Virus record (IMG/VR): IMGVR_UViG_2932454522_000002
Span: 23,927-87,926 of that record
DNA length: 64,000 nucleotides
Strand: one strand, 5' to 3'
From: a virus
Lineage: Duplodnaviria > Caudoviricetes
Shown in pieces: positions 61,693-64,000 of the stretch. How positions within the stretch are numbered: position 1 is the stretch's first letter; every line of letters begins with the position of its first letter. The translations under genes and the position numbers were made by a program. Under the pieces are notes generated by a model. That model ran no database searches. It was not told where the DNA came from and saw nothing but the letters and a program-made list of their open reading frames with translations.

Positions 61693-63045
61693 TCAAGCGC
61701 CCAGGACATCCATGAGGTGGTCATCCAGGTCGGCCACCCAGTCCTCGCGCCCCCACGGCCGCAGCTCCTGCCGAGCCCTGCGCAACCTGATCGCCGACAC
61801 CCGGCCGCCCGTCTTCGCTGCCGTCGTCACGCACTCGTGCAGCAGCCCAGCCGCATCGCGCGGCTCACCCATGCGAATCCGGGCCAGCGCCTGATCCGTC
61901 GCAACGATCGCCCGCTGCACCCGCTCCCGCCGCCCCGACAACGCCTCCGCCGACCGGGAGAACTGATCGTGCGCCACGGACGGGTCGCCCACCCACAGCT
62001 GACAGACACCCTCAAAGCCGCGCAGATGCCCAGCCGTGAAGCTCGACGGCGACGGATCCCCTTCGCGGTCGGCCTCCATGTCGTACCAGGACAGCGACAA
62101 CGCCGCATCCGCCTGCCGCTCAAGCCCGGCACGCGCCGCAATCTCCGCCTGAAGGGCGTGCGCACGGGCCCGCACCCGCACGCTGTCACCCGTCCGCGCC
62201 GCACGCACCGCCGCGTCCACCAGCGCCCGCGGCTGCTCCAAGCCGTCCTGCGAGTACAGGGTCACCAGGGCGTGGGACATGTGCACCCCGGCCTGACGCC
62301 ACGGCTCCGACAGCCGCCCGGCCTGCGCCGTCGCCTCCGCGTACAGGGCGCGCGAGGCCGCATCGTCGCGTGTCTCGAACGCCAGACGGCCCGCCAGAGT
62401 GGAAGCCGCGACCGCGGTGCTGCGCAGCTCCGGCAGAAGCTCGACCGGGACCGGCCCGGCGAGCAGGCGTCGGCAGGCTTCGACCGCAGGGGAGAGGAGC
62501 AGCTGCAAACGGACGAACGGCAGCGAGCCGACCTCCGCGTTCACGTTGGCCACCGTCGACGCGAGCGCCGCACAAGCCGCCCCATCGGTGCGCGACGGAT
62601 TCGCCATCGCCGCCGCAAGCGCATCCTGCCCGCCCGGCGTCAGCAGCGCCAGGATGCTCGCCCCGCCCTGGTCGGTGACGGCCCGTATGACGTCGGTGCG
62701 CACGTCCGCGATTCGCCGCTCCGACTCGCCGAGCAGGGCCAGCGCATCGAGGAGCTCCGAAAAGTCAGAGCCGGCGCCGAGCGATGCCTGACCTGCGGGA
62801 GTGTGGGCGTAGGCGTGAGCGAGGAGCAGCTGGTAGCGGTCGTCCGGTGCCGCCTTGCCTGCCTCCCAGCGGGAGACGCTGCGCTGCACGGAGGCGACGC
62901 ACGGCATGTCCCGCAGATGAAGAGCGGCAGCCGAGTCGAGAAGTGCGCGCGATAGCTGGGAGAGGGAGAGTCCCCGTCGTGTACGCAGCCGCTTGAGTGC
63001 GGCAGCCCCCGCCGTTCTGTCGTCCACCCGACCATCGTGGCGCAA
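61693..63045 (-). CDS. XRE-HTH plus TPR-like regulator
   Basis: LKRLRTRRGLSLSQLS...SVSRWEAGKAAPDDRYQLLL followed by Ala-rich helical repeats; start codon uncertain. Confidence 0.8.
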   Translation of the reverse strand: MRHDGRVDDRTAGAAALKRLRTRRGLSLSQLSRALLDSAAALHLRDMPCVASVQRSVSRWEAGKAAPDDRYQLLLAHAYAHTPAGQASLGAGSDFSELLDALALLGESERRIADVRTDVIRAVTDQGGASILALLTPGGQDALAAAMANPSRTDGAACAALASTVANVNAEVGSLPFVRLQLLLSPAVEACRRLLAGPVPVELLPELRSTAVAASTLAGRLAFETRDDAASRALYAEATAQAGRLSEPWRQAGVHMSHALVTLYSQDGLEQPRALVDAAVRAARTGDSVRVRARAHALQAEIAARAGLERQADAALSLSWYDMEADREGDPSPSSFTAGHLRGFEGVCQLWVGDPSVAHDQFSRSAEALSGRRERVQRAIVATDQALARIRMGEPRDAAGLLHECVTTAAKTGGRVSAIRLRRARQELRPWGREDWVADLDDHLMDVLGA

Positions 63046-63052
63046 AACCGGC

Positions 63053-63526
63053 CTAGATGGGGACGATCAGGCGAGGTCGGCCCAGCCCGGCCGCGTAGTT
63101 GAGGGTCTGCCAGGTGCCTGATTCTGGCTCATCAGGGTGCGGGAAGCCGATCACCATCGACGATCGGTCGACCATGTACCGGTTGCGTTCGTGGTACGCC
63201 ACCGGCCGCAGCTCGACGGCCTTCAGCTCCACGATGTCGTCGATGCGCTCCCGGCAGCGGGCGATCGCCTGGCGCGCTTCGGCGGGTTGCTGATCGACGC
63301 GGCCCGGGACGACGATGGTGATGGCGGCCCGAGTTTCACCGGCGAGCCACAGCAGGGTGAGCGTGTCGATGCCCTTCGCCCCGCCGATGTAGAAGTGCGA
63401 GTCGGCGAACGGGCCGAGATAGTCGGCGAACAGGTCCGCGTACTCGGCCGGCGTCCGCTGCTGCGTGTTGCGGGTGCCGGTGATGGCCACCACCCGCTTG
63501 ATCGACTTCGTGTCACTGGATGTCAT
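63053..63526 (-). CDS. SLOG-superfamily (DprA/YspA-like) protein
   Basis: VAITGTR, IGGAKGID, ERNRYMVD, SGTWQTLNYA. Confidence 0.8.
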   Translation of the reverse strand: MTSSDTKSIKRVVAITGTRNTQQRTPAEYADLFADYLGPFADSHFYIGGAKGIDTLTLLWLAGETRAAITIVVPGRVDQQPAEARQAIARCRERIDDIVELKAVELRPVAYHERNRYMVDRSSMVIGFPHPDEPESGTWQTLNYAAGLGRPRLIVPI

Positions 63527-63563
63527 ATCCCGTACCCCACTCGCCCGCTGAGATCGTCTTCAC

Positions 63564-63821
63564 GTGGACACCGACCTGCAAAACCTAGTCGACCTGCTGA
63601 GGAAGCGAGGCTTCACCGTCGCCTCGTGCGACCCCGAGCAGCGCATCCAGGTCACCAATCCCGTCAGTAGTCTCATGGCGGAGGAGATCGCCCTCAAGGA
63701 TGGCGGCTACTACACCGGCTTCGGCTACGAAGTCGGCGAGAAAGGCCGCGAGACGGACTGCGCGGATCGCATCGCCTACATGCTCGGCGTCACCAGCACG
63801 CCCCAGGAGGCAGGGCCATGA
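63564..63821 (+). CDS. hypothetical protein
   Basis: Divergent from SLOG; GFGYEVGEKGRE..CADRIAYMLG. Confidence 0.6.
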   Translation: MDTDLQNLVDLLRKRGFTVASCDPEQRIQVTNPVSSLMAEEIALKDGGYYTGFGYEVGEKGRETDCADRIAYMLGVTSTPQEAGP

Positions 63822-64000
63822 CCGACCCGCCGCCACTGCTACCGAGCTACCGCTGGCACCTCGACCACATCCAGTCCTGCGTCGTCTGCCGGAGCGGCGA
63901 CCACTGCCCGAAGGGTCGAGATCTCGAACGGGCGTGGCACGCAGAACGAAGCGACTATCCGTCAAACGCAGATCGTGGGCCCGAGCCTGACCAGGCGTGA
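63818..64000 (+). CDS. small Cys/His protein
   Basis: ATGA overlap; HIQSCVVCR...CPKGRDL. Confidence 0.55.
   Translation: MTDPPPLLPSYRWHLDHIQSCVVCRSGDHCPKGRDLERAWHAERSDYPSNADRGPEPDQA

Noticed and set aside
63053-63526. Competence protein DprA
   Set aside because: Too short and lacks the other DprA domains; called only as SLOG superfamily

Overview
High-GC (Streptomyces-like) window that is almost entirely one temperate siphovirus-like element. No integrase or att site is visible, so the element probably extends beyond the left edge. Layout from left to right: (1) leftward early and replication-like genes (1-3653); (2) a GntR/UTRA repressor with palindromic TTCCACGTGGAA operators and an Xis-like gene; (3) a block resembling a Streptomyces conjugative plasmid/AICE, with small genes, a Pycsar-effector-like membrane protein, a Spd-like protein, a TraB/FtsK translocase and a clt-like CCTGGAC repeat locus (5-15 kb); (4) phage middle genes (15.5-21.7 kb); (5) a fibre-like structural cassette, a methyltransferase and three HNH/EndoVII nucleases ahead of a probable cos region (22-30.9 kb); (6) a complete head-tail-lysis operon (30.9-53.2 kb) with a glycosyltransferase behind the capsid gene and a DEDDh exoribonuclease between endolysin and holin; (7) an accessory region (53.2-64 kb). 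The strongest signal is in the accessory region: a Ro60/TROVE gene directly preceded by two tandem Y-RNA-like genes, one containing a circularly permuted tRNA mimic. That region also has a zinc-finger serine resolvase, DNA-damage-type promoters and a SLOG + HTH-TPR pair. Family assignments come from recognising motifs by eye, not from database searches.
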